Shown one piece after another: positions 38,332 through 47,726 of a stretch of DNA of 64,000 nt. Both the position numbers and the translations under genes were made by a program. Positions within the stretch are counted from its first letter, which is position 1, and each line of letters starts with the position of its first letter. Below the pieces are notes generated by a model. It ran no database searches. It saw only the letters and a list, made by a program, of their open reading frames with translations, and was not told the origin of the DNA. Source of the DNA: an uncultured Pelagibacteraceae bacterium (lineage in GTDB: Bacteria; Pseudomonadota; Alphaproteobacteria; Pelagibacterales; Pelagibacteraceae); the NCBI GenBank assembly GCA_902534735.1, contig CACARD010000003.1, positions 24,083 through 88,082 of the forward strand. The letters are read 5' to 3'.

Positions 38332-39060
38332 ATGAATTTTTCTTTAGAAATAGGTCCTAAAACTGATTTAAGCACGTTACCGAAGGTAAAAGATGTTTAT
38401 GTTACAATGCTACCTGGGGGTGATTATAAAGAGACCGCTCAACAGTCTGGAGAGTTAGTTAAAGAGGGATTTAATCCAGTTCCTCACTTCCCAGCAAGGT
38501 CAATAAATGATGAAAATCAGCTGAAAGATTATGTTTCTAGATGTAAAGATTTGGGTGTTAAGCAGGTCTTGGTGATAGGTGGAAGTCGTGACCCGATCGG
38601 AAAATTTGATAGCTCATATCAAATGCTAGAGACAGGGTTTTTTGATGGTATCAAGATTGGAATTGCTGGACATCCCGAGGGGAGTCCTGATATATCCGAC
38701 TCTGATTTAGAAAAAGCTATGATAGATAAAAAGCCTTATGCTGATTATATAGTTACACAGTGGCTAATGGATACTCAGCCTATTATAGATTTTATCTCAA
38801 AACAAACAATACCAGTTCATGTTGGAATAACTGGGCCAATGAAAATATCTAGCTTAATTAAATTTGCTAATATTGTAGGGGCAAAAAATTCCATTAACTT
38901 TCTTAAATCTAATTTTAGTAAGGCGTTAGATTTATTGAAACCTAAAGACCCTAATGATTTAATTGGGAAAGTTAAATCGCATACTGATTATTTCCACATT
39001 TATACATTCGGCGGCTTGAAGGAAACTAACAAGTGGTTGAAGGAGAATAACTATGTCTAA
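38332..39060 (+). CDS. metF: Methylenetetrahydrofolate reductase-like protein
   Basis: FSLEI, PVPHFPAR, IAGHPEG, IVTQW, HIYTFGG motifs. Confidence 0.8.
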   Translation: MNFSLEIGPKTDLSTLPKVKDVYVTMLPGGDYKETAQQSGELVKEGFNPVPHFPARSINDENQLKDYVSRCKDLGVKQVLVIGGSRDPIGKFDSSYQMLETGFFDGIKIGIAGHPEGSPDISDSDLEKAMIDKKPYADYIVTQWLMDTQPIIDFISKQTIPVHVGITGPMKISSLIKFANIVGAKNSINFLKSNFSKALDLLKPKDPNDLIGKVKSHTDYFHIYTFGGLKETNKWLKENNYV

Positions 39061-40408
39061 TGAATTTGACTATAGTAAACTAAGACATACAACATCAGTA
39101 GATCAGTCTGATAGAAAAGTACCATACAATTTAAGACAAAGCGGACCTACTAAAGTTGAGATGCTAATATCAACAAGAGTAAGGAAATCTCCATACTGGC
39201 ATTTATCTATGAAAGCAGGATGTTGGAGAGCAACTGTTTATAACAGAATTTATCATCCAAGAGGTTATGTTAAACCTGAAGATGGTGGTGCAATGGTTGA
39301 GTACGAGGCAATTAAAAACCATGTAACAATGTGGAATGTTGCAGTTGAAAGACAAATACAAGTTAAAGGACCAGATGCAGAAAAATTTGTTGATTATGTA
39401 ATTACAAGAGATGCTACAAAAATTTCTCCAATGAGAGGAAGATATGTAATTTTGTGTAATGCATACGGAGGAGTATTAAATGATCCTATTCTTTTAAGAA
39501 TATCTAAAGATGAATTTTGGTTCAGTTTATCAGATAGTGATATTGGATTGTATCTGCAAGGAGTAAATGCGGATGAAAGGTTTAATGTTCAAATTAATGA
39601 AATAGATGCTTGTCCTGTACAAATTCAAGGTCCTAAAGCAAAAGCTTTAATGAAAGATCTTTGTGGAAGTGAAGTTGACATAGACAACATGCCTTTTTAT
39701 GGATTGGCATCTGCAAAAGTTGGTGGAAGAAGTTGTATTATTTCTCAAACAGGTTTTTCTGGCGAGTCTGGATTTGAAATATATTTAAGAGAAGCAACTT
39801 TATATGCCGAAGATATGTGGAATGCTGTTCTTGAAGCAGGTAAAAAACATAACTTAATGGTCATTGCTCCTGCTCACCACAGAAGGATACAAGCTGGAAT
39901 TCTTTCATGGGGACAAGATATGGATCATGAACATAATCCATTTCAATGTAATCTTGGTTATCAAGTTTCTTTATCTGGCAAAGGTGAATGGAACAAAAAA
40001 GGTGATTATGTTGGAAAAAAAGCTCTCGAGAAAATGAAAGCTGATTTAAAAGCAGGTCATAAACCTTACAAACTTCAATTAGTTGGACTTGAATTAGGAG
40101 GAAAACCTATTGAAGAATATGCTCCAGATTTTTGGTTAATTTCAGAAAACGGCAGTGAGCCTGTGGGATTTATAACTTCTCCTTGGTATCACCCAGAAAA
40201 AGGGAAAAATATTGCTATGGGATACGTTCCATTTGATGGCACGCTAAATGCAAATGGTTTTCCAAGAGGTAAGGTTGGATCGAAATTTAAAGTCCATCTA
40301 CCCGAAAAATATTCTGATAAACCTGGAGAACCAGTCGATGCAGTTGTAGTTGATATTCCATTTACAGAATCTTACAACGCAAATACAAGAGAAGTAGTCA
40401 GTAAGTGA
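39053..40408 (+). CDS. GcvT-family THF-dependent aminomethyltransferase/demethylase (DmdA-related paralog)
   Basis: MWNVAVERQIQVKGPDA, VLNDPILL, SQTGFSGESGFEIY, RRIQAGILSWG motifs; coupled to metF. Confidence 0.82.
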   Translation: MSNEFDYSKLRHTTSVDQSDRKVPYNLRQSGPTKVEMLISTRVRKSPYWHLSMKAGCWRATVYNRIYHPRGYVKPEDGGAMVEYEAIKNHVTMWNVAVERQIQVKGPDAEKFVDYVITRDATKISPMRGRYVILCNAYGGVLNDPILLRISKDEFWFSLSDSDIGLYLQGVNADERFNVQINEIDACPVQIQGPKAKALMKDLCGSEVDIDNMPFYGLASAKVGGRSCIISQTGFSGESGFEIYLREATLYAEDMWNAVLEAGKKHNLMVIAPAHHRRIQAGILSWGQDMDHEHNPFQCNLGYQVSLSGKGEWNKKGDYVGKKALEKMKADLKAGHKPYKLQLVGLELGGKPIEEYAPDFWLISENGSEPVGFITSPWYHPEKGKNIAMGYVPFDGTLNANGFPRGKVGSKFKVHLPEKYSDKPGEPVDAVVVDIPFTESYNANTREVVSK

Positions 40409-40418
40409 TAAAAATTTT

Positions 40419-40445
40419 TTTAGGGGGAATTTAATTCCCCCTAAA
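40419..40445. terminator. Hairpin downstream of the GcvT-like gene (putative terminator)
   Basis: TTTAGGGGGAAT-TTA-ATTCCCCCTAAA, a perfect 12-bp inverted repeat; weak U tract. Confidence 0.6.
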
Positions 40446-40446
40446 T

Positions 40447-40554
40447 ATGACGAAAACCTTTTTCATAGTTGTTTGCATTATAATCGCTATTGCTCTAATA
40501 ATATTCCCATTAATCGTTTCGTATAAGGCGCAAAAAAAAAATAAAGATAATTAA
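40447..40554 (+). CDS. Small single-TM protein (35 aa)
   Basis: Hand translation MTKTFFIVVCIIIAIALIIFPLIVSYKAQKKNKDN; its stop overlaps the next start (TAATG). Confidence 0.55.
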   Translation: MTKTFFIVVCIIIAIALIIFPLIVSYKAQKKNKDN

Positions 40555-41099
40555 TGTTTGCTCAGTTTTTAGATATTGTTTTTAAATCTTTAAAGCTTGA
40601 TAAAACTCTTTATAGAACTCCAAGATATTATGGAGAAGCTGGAATTTATTTTGCAATTCTAATTATGATTTTAGATGGGGTTGCTGGAGCAGTTGCGGCT
40701 AATACGATTGTAAAAACATCTGTTGGTATATCTGGTTTAACAGCATTATTAACTTGGTTGGTGTGGGCAATTTTTATATTTGTAATTGGAGTTAAAATTT
40801 TTCCTGATAAAGATAGAAAAATTCCATTTAAAAGAGTTCTTATAGCCGTTGGGTACGCACACGCTCCAGGACTGATAAGATTTTTTGCTGTCACACCAGA
40901 ATTAGTACTTTTAATTATTTTTCTTACTCAATTTTGGATTTTTGCTTCATTAATTATAGCAACAAGACATATTTTAAATTTAAAATCAAATCTAAAAGCA
41001 TTTGGAATTGTATTTTTATCTTTTTTAATTATTTCTTTTTTGACAATTTCATTTGTAATGACAAAAATTAATTCATTACCTGTAAGTACAAATATTTAA
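40554..41099 (+). CDS. YIP1-like integral membrane protein
   Basis: About 5 TM segments; VGYAHAPG motif. Confidence 0.7.
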   Translation: MFAQFLDIVFKSLKLDKTLYRTPRYYGEAGIYFAILIMILDGVAGAVAANTIVKTSVGISGLTALLTWLVWAIFIFVIGVKIFPDKDRKIPFKRVLIAVGYAHAPGLIRFFAVTPELVLLIIFLTQFWIFASLIIATRHILNLKSNLKAFGIVFLSFLIISFLTISFVMTKINSLPVSTNI

Positions 41100-41263
41100 A
41101 GCGGAAATAAAGTTTTAGATGTTCTGCAGGAGTTACAAAGTTTATATCCTGTGAGTATTAAATTTTGAGTTACTGTCTCATCTTCTTTTTTACATTCATC
41201 ACAAATATCATTTAATTCATTATTATCTGATTTGTCTGATTTATATTCAAAGTTATCAGTCAT
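41096..41263 (-). CDS. Small zinc-finger-like protein (55 aa, CxxC-x18-CxxC)
   Basis: Hand translation MTDNFEYKSDKSDNNELNDICDECKKEDETVTQNLILTGYKLCNSCRTSKTLFPL. Overlaps the upstream gene by 8 nt and fills the gap exactly. Confidence 0.7.
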   Translation of the reverse strand: MTDNFEYKSDKSDNNELNDICDECKKEDETVTQNLILTGYKLCNSCRTSKTLFPL

Positions 41264-41864
41264 TATCTGTTAATCCTGCGCCTGCAGTTTTTTGTTTTAA
41301 CTCATCAGTTTCTTCTACAAATGTGTTTTCTGATAATTTTGTTAATTCTTTCCAATCTTCTTCAGAAAAATTATTCTTATTTTCTAAGAATTGAATTTTA
41401 ATTACATCAGCTTTTTCTACAATCTCACTACTTAAGTAATTCGAATAAATTGATTGATTGAAATTTAATAAAAATTCTTTTTGATCTATCTTTAAAAAAA
41501 TTCTCTTTCCCGTTATTTCCGAAGATCTGCTGACAAACGGCAAAAATATCAATGGGTAAGCCATTTTTTCAATTTCTATATCATTTAGTTCTTGGATAGA
41601 GATTGATTGATCAAAAAAACTTAATCCAAGTTTAATCGGACAGTAAAAGTTTTGAGGTCTGTTGCTTTTTTTAAAAGATTGGCAATTTTCAAACTTCTCA
41701 TTATTAAAAATCTTAAAATATTGGTTTATGTTTTTTATTCCTGGTAAACCAAATAACTCAAGTTGTTTAATGTTCTTTCCTATTTCTTCGGCAACACCCC
41801 AAGAGAAACCTTTTGCTTTAGTTGAACGTTTAACAATTGTATCGATTTCACTATAACTTCTCAT
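41256..41864 (-). CDS. DUF3726-like protein
   Basis: SYSEI....KRST...GFSWGVAEE N-terminus, CPI, C-terminal GAGLTDND. Confidence 0.75.
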   Translation of the reverse strand: MRSYSEIDTIVKRSTKAKGFSWGVAEEIGKNIKQLELFGLPGIKNINQYFKIFNNEKFENCQSFKKSNRPQNFYCPIKLGLSFFDQSISIQELNDIEIEKMAYPLIFLPFVSRSSEITGKRIFLKIDQKEFLLNFNQSIYSNYLSSEIVEKADVIKIQFLENKNNFSEEDWKELTKLSENTFVEETDELKQKTAGAGLTDND

Positions 41865-43525
41865 TAATTACTTTGGTTATATATCCAATATTGATTAAAT
41901 GAATTAAGTTCATTTGGTAATGGAGCTCCTTGAAACATACAAATCCTTAACCATTTGTCAGATCTTGGATCAAACTTTACTGCCCCAAAAAAAGATAGTT
42001 TAAGTCTTAACATATCAATAGGAACTAATTTTGAGCCGATGGTGTTATCTTGAATTTCAGAATATGGATATTTCTCTGTTATAAACACTCTTCTTACAAT
42101 ATGTCTTAAATCATTGTTCCGTAATAGAAAATTGCCAATCTTTAAGCTGTTTTTTAATGTAAAAATAGTTTCATAAAGTTTTTTTATATCTCTAGCAATA
42201 GCTGTAGGCTGCTCAAGTTCTGAACCATTATCTTCAAAACGATCTCCAATTCTAGGTTCTTCTTTATTTTTTGAAATGAACCAAAATTTTTTATTATTTT
42301 CATTTTTTGAAAAATCAATTTTTAAAATATCTGAATAATTTTTTTCAATTATTTCCCTTAGGTCATTTATAGTTCTATCTACAGGAATGTTAAAACTACT
42401 ATCCTCGTCTGAACTCATTTTAGAAATTAAAGGATCGGTTATTTCATTATATGGCTCCATCATTATAGAAACCAAATACTCAACTCCTTCTTCAGATAAA
42501 TTTTCCTCTGCCCAGTTATATAATTTATCAAATATATAAAAATTTGATTTATCAATATTATTTTTCAAATAATTAATTAAATTTTGTAAATCATTAATTA
42601 AATTGTTTATTTTTTTCTTTTGGTATTCGCTATCAGTATTCCATGAAGTTACATTTTTTAAAGATTTTATTAAACAATTGTAAAAAATTTTAAACTCTTC
42701 TTCTGATACTTTTTCTATTTCTCTGATTTTTTTTAAAGCTGTCTCTTTAGCTAGAATCCAATTATTTAACAATGAAGGGTGGTTTACAATAAATGGCGCC
42801 ATTCCCAATCCAGTTGAATTTCCAATTCCTAAATTTCTGCAAATATCCAAGTCTAATTCTACGGCGTCTTTAGGATTTTTATGTTTTGCAATATGATTGA
42901 CTTGATCGAAAGTGAATTGTCTTACAAGGTAGACTAACATCATTTCCAATCTAAAAGGACCATTTATTTCATCTCTATTTTTAATTCTAAACCTGTCTGC
43001 TAATCCAAATTTTCCTGAGCCATATACTGCGGTTGTTCTGTACAAATATCCAACTTTTGAAAGCTCATTAGTATTGGGCTGGATACCTTTTGATAAACAC
43101 TCGACTACGTAATTAAATGCTCTAACTGATCTATTTGCTCTTGAAAGAGTAAGTTCTTTATAAGAAAGTCTCCCTACTTCTTGCTTAGGGACATTTTGTG
43201 AAAGTCTATCAATATCGATTTTTGAAGGAATACCATCATACAAAGCAAATGCAGCATCCCATTTAGTTGCTATTACTCTATCAGATCTTTCCTCATCTTT
43301 AAGCTCATTGGCAAAACAAACTAGAGAATATGTTTTTTTTTCTTTTGAAAATGAATAAATAGCAACTCCAAATCCCCTATCATTCAAGTCGAACAAATCT
43401 CTGTTATATTTCCAATCTTTGAACTCGTTTAAAAATGATCTTAGAAAAGATAATTTAGATTGATGAAACGATCCAAGCCTAGAAAGTTTCATTACAATTT
43501 TAGGATCTCTGAGTGGAACTTGCAT
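41864..43525 (-). CDS. Conserved hypothetical protein (553 aa)
   Basis: Long ORF with conserved-looking motifs (RSDRVIA, RTTAVYGSGKFG, GIGNSTGLGMAPF, KFDPRSD); coupled on both sides. Confidence 0.75.
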   Translation of the reverse strand: MQVPLRDPKIVMKLSRLGSFHQSKLSFLRSFLNEFKDWKYNRDLFDLNDRGFGVAIYSFSKEKKTYSLVCFANELKDEERSDRVIATKWDAAFALYDGIPSKIDIDRLSQNVPKQEVGRLSYKELTLSRANRSVRAFNYVVECLSKGIQPNTNELSKVGYLYRTTAVYGSGKFGLADRFRIKNRDEINGPFRLEMMLVYLVRQFTFDQVNHIAKHKNPKDAVELDLDICRNLGIGNSTGLGMAPFIVNHPSLLNNWILAKETALKKIREIEKVSEEEFKIFYNCLIKSLKNVTSWNTDSEYQKKKINNLINDLQNLINYLKNNIDKSNFYIFDKLYNWAEENLSEEGVEYLVSIMMEPYNEITDPLISKMSSDEDSSFNIPVDRTINDLREIIEKNYSDILKIDFSKNENNKKFWFISKNKEEPRIGDRFEDNGSELEQPTAIARDIKKLYETIFTLKNSLKIGNFLLRNNDLRHIVRRVFITEKYPYSEIQDNTIGSKLVPIDMLRLKLSFFGAVKFDPRSDKWLRICMFQGAPLPNELNSFNQYWIYNQSN

Positions 43526-44493
43526 TAATTAATTCCTTTATAAAAATTAAACCAGTTATTGCCAAGTATCTTATTTATCTCTTCTTCGTGAAAACCTTTA
43601 TTTTTTAGTTCTGTGTTTATATTATTAAATCCTCTTGCATCTAAAAACCAATCTGGTTGTTTTGGAAAACCAGGTTTATCTTTACTGCCTTCACCAAAAT
43701 TTTTTGATTTTGACCATGTTCCATTTCTCATCCACTCAACTATGCTGTCTGGCTGGTTTAAACATAAGTCTGATCCTATTCCAACATTATCAATACCCAT
43801 AATTTCAACTGTTCTTGCAACCATTTCACAAAAACTTTCTAATTTACAATTCGTTCCATCTTTTAAATGGTGAGCATACAATGATAAACCTAACATTCCT
43901 CCACTTGCAGATAAAACTTTTAATAATTCTGTAGATTTATTTCTTTTAGCTTCAAACCAAAAAGTTGGATTTGCATGAGTGATCGCAATTGGTTTTTGAC
44001 TAATTTCAATTGCATCAAGTGTACTTTTTTCTGCTGAATGAGACATGTCAACAACGATACCTACTCTGTTCATTTCTTTAATAGCCTCTTTTCCAAAATT
44101 AGTAACCCCACTATCATTTTTTTCATAACATCCAGTGGCTAATAATGATTGGTTGTTATAAGTTAATTGCATAAATCGACAACCTTGTGAGTGTACTTTT
44201 TCTATAAGGCCTATGTCATCTTCAATTGGTGAACAATTTTGAAATCCAAAAAAAATTGCAGTTTTGTTTTCTTCTTTTGCTTTTGTAATATCGTTGTAGT
44301 TATTTCCTAGAAATATAAGATCTTTATTTTCTTCGAAATGTTTATTCCACTCTTGTATTCTTTGTTGTAATTCATCATAGTCTTCATGATAAACTAACGT
44401 TACGTGAACCGCATTTAATCCAGCTTTATTATTTATTTCAAAGATTTCTCTAGACCATTTACAATACTGAAGATTATCAATTCGATAATTCAT
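43525..44493 (-). CDS. Membrane dipeptidase (M19) family amidohydrolase
   Basis: MQLTYN, EMNRVG..VDMSHS, ITHANP, RNK, GIGSDL, KILGNNW motifs. The N-terminal metal ligands are atypical (IDNLQ). Confidence 0.82.
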   Translation of the reverse strand: MNYRIDNLQYCKWSREIFEINNKAGLNAVHVTLVYHEDYDELQQRIQEWNKHFEENKDLIFLGNNYNDITKAKEENKTAIFFGFQNCSPIEDDIGLIEKVHSQGCRFMQLTYNNQSLLATGCYEKNDSGVTNFGKEAIKEMNRVGIVVDMSHSAEKSTLDAIEISQKPIAITHANPTFWFEAKRNKSTELLKVLSASGGMLGLSLYAHHLKDGTNCKLESFCEMVARTVEIMGIDNVGIGSDLCLNQPDSIVEWMRNGTWSKSKNFGEGSKDKPGFPKQPDWFLDARGFNNINTELKNKGFHEEEINKILGNNWFNFYKGIN

Positions 44494-44597
44494 ATTTGGT
44501 ATACACTATTATTATTATTATGATTGTCACTAACTTAAACTGTCCTTAGCTAAAAATTGCAATTTAAGGGAAATATCTGTAAATTGATATTGGTTTC

Positions 44598-45092
44598 ATG
44601 AAATACAAAAAAAAATCACATAAAGTATCAATTGTAATGGGCAGTCAGTCTGATTACAAAACAATGAAAAATTGTGAAAAAGTTCTTAAGATTTTAAAAG
44701 TTAATTATGAGACAAGTATCGTCTCTGCTCACAGAACGCCTGATAGACTTTATGCCTATGCAAAGAAAGCAGAAAATAATAATATTTCTATTATTATTTC
44801 TGGAGCCGGAGGATCAGCACATTTACCTGGTATGATTGCTGCTATAACTAGAATTCCAGTCATAGGTGTTCCCATTGAAAGTAAAAAGTTAAAAGGTTTA
44901 GATAGTCTACTATCAATTGCCCAAATGCCAAAAGGAATTCCTGTTGGTACAGTTGCTATTGGAGAAGATGGTGCAATCAATGCTGGTTTATATGCTGCTT
45001 CAATTATAGCTACGTATGATAACAATGTAAAAAAAACACTTTTAAATTGGCGAAAAAAACAAACATCAAAAGTAAAAAAAAAACCAAAGTAA
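44598..45092 (+). CDS. purE: N5-carboxyaminoimidazole ribonucleotide mutase
   Basis: MGSQSD, SAHRTP, AHLPGM, QMPKGIPV motifs. Confidence 0.96.
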   Translation: MKYKKKSHKVSIVMGSQSDYKTMKNCEKVLKILKVNYETSIVSAHRTPDRLYAYAKKAENNNISIIISGAGGSAHLPGMIAAITRIPVIGVPIESKKLKGLDSLLSIAQMPKGIPVGTVAIGEDGAINAGLYAASIIATYDNNVKKTLLNWRKKQTSKVKKKPK

Positions 45093-45095
45093 TTA

Positions 45096-46139
45096 ATGTC
45101 TAAACCTGATCTAGGAATAATAGGTGGAGGACAATTAGGAAGTCTATTAGCATCCGCAGCAAAAAAACTTAATATTAAAACGGTTATTTTATCTGACGAT
45201 AAAGATGCACCTGCAATCAATTTTGCTGATGAATTTATTTATGGAGATTACCAAGACATAAATATTATCAATAACTTTTTAGAAAAAGTCGATCTTGTAA
45301 CATATGAGTTTGAAAATATCCCATATGATATATTAAAAAAAATTAATGAAACCAAATCTGTATTACCAAGCCCTGAAATAAATAAATTAATCCAAAATAG
45401 ACTAACTGAAAAAGAATTTTTAAATAAAAATAATATAACTACAACTCAGTATGTAAGTATAAATGATTTAGATGATATAAAAATAAACGATAAATTTATA
45501 CCTGGTTTATTGAAAACTTGTACACTAGGTTACGATGGAAAGGGCCAATATAAAATAAATAATGCAAATGATTTAAACAATGATTTCGATTTTTCAAAAG
45601 GCTACATCTTAGAAAAGATAGTAAATTTAAAAAAAGAAATTTCAGTTGTGGTTACAAGATTTGGTCACCAAAAATATGAAATTTATGATCCAATTGAAAA
45701 TTATCATGAAGACCAGATTTTAAAATACTCTAAAATTCCCGCAGATATAAGTAATGAAATTAAAAATAAAGCATTGGACTGGGCAAAAACAGTAGCTGAA
45801 GAGCTTGATTATATTGGTACTATGTGCGTTGAATTCTTTATAGATAAAAATAATAATTTATATGCTAATGAAGTTGCACCAAGAGTACATAATTCTGGGC
45901 ACCTAACTATAAATTCACACAACATTAGCCAATTTGAAAACCACATCAGAGCTGTATGTGGACTCGAAAAATTAGAAACAAAAAAAATTTATAATGCAAA
46001 AATGCTTAATTTGATTGGTGAAGATATATTAGAATATAAAAATAAAAAGTTTAAAGAAAATGAATTTTTTTATGATTATTTAAAAAAAGAAGTTAAAGCT
46101 AAAAGAAAAATGGGACATTTAACAACTATAGAAAAATAG
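45096..46139 (+). CDS. purK: N5-carboxyaminoimidazole ribonucleotide synthase
   Basis: GGGQLG, TYEFEN, GYDGKGQ, NEVAPRVHNSGH, RKMGH motifs. Confidence 0.95.
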   Translation: MSKPDLGIIGGGQLGSLLASAAKKLNIKTVILSDDKDAPAINFADEFIYGDYQDINIINNFLEKVDLVTYEFENIPYDILKKINETKSVLPSPEINKLIQNRLTEKEFLNKNNITTTQYVSINDLDDIKINDKFIPGLLKTCTLGYDGKGQYKINNANDLNNDFDFSKGYILEKIVNLKKEISVVVTRFGHQKYEIYDPIENYHEDQILKYSKIPADISNEIKNKALDWAKTVAEELDYIGTMCVEFFIDKNNNLYANEVAPRVHNSGHLTINSHNISQFENHIRAVCGLEKLETKKIYNAKMLNLIGEDILEYKNKKFKENEFFYDYLKKEVKAKRKMGHLTTIEK

Positions 46140-46141
46140 TT

Positions 46142-46765
46142 TTAAGAAATTGTTTGGATCAAAGAAATATTATTGTTTGTAGGTTTATTAACTTCCTTTG
46201 AAACCTCATGAAAGTTTAATTTTGTTTTTTTACACTCTTTAAGAAAACTCGATCCTGTTAATTCAAGATTTAAATATCTATTAACATCATTTTCATTAAT
46301 TATAACAGGCTGTCTATGATGTATTTCTTTAATATTTTCATCTGCATCCTCGGTTATTAAACAAAATTGATCATTGTCATAAATAGCCGCTAAATACATA
46401 AGCTTTTTATCTTCTCTTAAAAAATAATAAGGTGTTTTATTTTCTTTTTCTCTTTTCCACTCATAAAAACCATCTGCTACAGCTACACATCTATGTAGTC
46501 GAATTAATTTTTTGAAAGACACTTTTTCATCTATAGTTTCTAGTCTAGCATTTATTAAAGGTTTAAAATCTTTTTGCTTAGCCCAGCTAGGTACTACTCC
46601 CCACTTTAAATTTTCTAGAGTATTTCCATTATTATATTTTTTAATTACAGGTAATTTTTGAAATGGATGTGCATTATAATTTTCATTATCTTCAACTTGT
46701 ATAGCTGACTTAACAAGTTTTTTTGTTTTTGTAACAGGGCTAGTTATTACGTATCTTCCACACAT
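46142..46765 (-). CDS. SOS response-associated peptidase (SRAP/YedK/HMCES abasic-site protein)
   Basis: N-terminal MCGR, INARLET, GFYEW, IHHRQPVI motifs. Confidence 0.92.
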   Translation of the reverse strand: MCGRYVITSPVTKTKKLVKSAIQVEDNENYNAHPFQKLPVIKKYNNGNTLENLKWGVVPSWAKQKDFKPLINARLETIDEKVSFKKLIRLHRCVAVADGFYEWKREKENKTPYYFLREDKKLMYLAAIYDNDQFCLITEDADENIKEIHHRQPVIINENDVNRYLNLELTGSSFLKECKKTKLNFHEVSKEVNKPTNNNISLIQTIS

Positions 46766-46801
46766 ATTTAATTTTCTTGGTTTAATCTAAATTTAGATTA
46801 T

Positions 46802-47272
46802 ATGTTTTTCAAAACTATGAAATCAATAGAAAATAATTTTGATGATCCGCAAGTAAATGAGTTGCTAACTAAGCATTTTATTGAATTGAGATCAGTTTCT
46901 CCTGAGGGGAGTTCTCATGTATTAGATATTCCTGGATTAAAGGATCCAAGTATAAAATTCTGGAGTTTATGGGAAAATAATGAATTAATTGGTTGTGGAG
47001 CTTTAAAATTATTTGATGAAACGCATGGAGAATTTAAATCTATAAGAGTTTCAGATAAATTTAGAAATAAAAAATATGGTGGAAAAATAATTTCACATCT
47101 TATTGAAAAATCTAAACAAATAGGAATTACTAAACTTAGTGTCGAAACTGGTGCAGGTGATTTTTTTGCACCCGCTAGAAAACTTTTTAAAAGTTTTGGT
47201 TTTAAAGAGTGTGGGCCTTTTGCGCACTATAAAGATGATCCTAATTCATGCTATTATTCAGTAGATATTTGA
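46802..47272 (+). CDS. GNAT-family N-acetyltransferase
   Basis: SPEGSSH.L, GCGALK, GEFKS.R, LSVETG, PARKL, PFAHY..DPNS motifs. Confidence 0.85.
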   Translation: MFFKTMKSIENNFDDPQVNELLTKHFIELRSVSPEGSSHVLDIPGLKDPSIKFWSLWENNELIGCGALKLFDETHGEFKSIRVSDKFRNKKYGGKIISHLIEKSKQIGITKLSVETGAGDFFAPARKLFKSFGFKECGPFAHYKDDPNSCYYSVDI

Positions 47273-47282
47273 GGAGTTTAGT

Positions 47283-47723
47283 TTGGAAACTGATAAATCG
47301 AGACCATTTGTATTATATGTTGCCGAAATCATTTATCAAAAGATATATGAAATCAAAATTAAGAACCCTAATTTAACTAATATTCAAGCTTTTGAAATAT
47401 TTATTGCATCAGATGATTATAATGAAATTAGTTCAGGAAATTTTCATGATAAGTGGTTTAAAGAACTTGAGAGCAATGACTACGTAGATAAATCTACAAA
47501 AAAAAAGATTAATCAAGAAACTATAAGACTTTTACAAATACAAAAAGATACTATGATTAAACAATTAATGAAAATCCCAAAATTATATTATGCAAAAAGT
47601 CACTTTCCGTTGGAGTTATCTCAAAGAGCATTTGATCATTTGTGGAGAGTTTGTGAAAGTTATGAACTTTGGTGCAAAGAAACTAAACAAAATGGATTAA
47701 TATTATTAAATTTAACAGAATAA
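47283..47723 (+). CDS. Hypothetical protein
   Basis: TTG start with GAGGAG RBS; fills the gap in a co-oriented run. Confidence 0.7.
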   Translation: METDKSRPFVLYVAEIIYQKIYEIKIKNPNLTNIQAFEIFIASDDYNEISSGNFHDKWFKELESNDYVDKSTKKKINQETIRLLQIQKDTMIKQLMKIPKLYYAKSHFPLELSQRAFDHLWRVCESYELWCKETKQNGLILLNLTE

Positions 47724-47726
47724 TTT

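Noticed and set aside
39053-40408. Calling this gene dmdA or gcvT
   Set aside because: It is longer than either and has no gcvH or gcvP neighbours; family membership alone does not fix the substrate.
44756-45220. 154-aa minus-strand ORF, and the other short track ORFs nested in long genes (e.g. 5935, 21909, 22192, 24844, 52206, 57424)
   Set aside because: Shadow frames overlapping well-supported genes, with no recognisable motifs.
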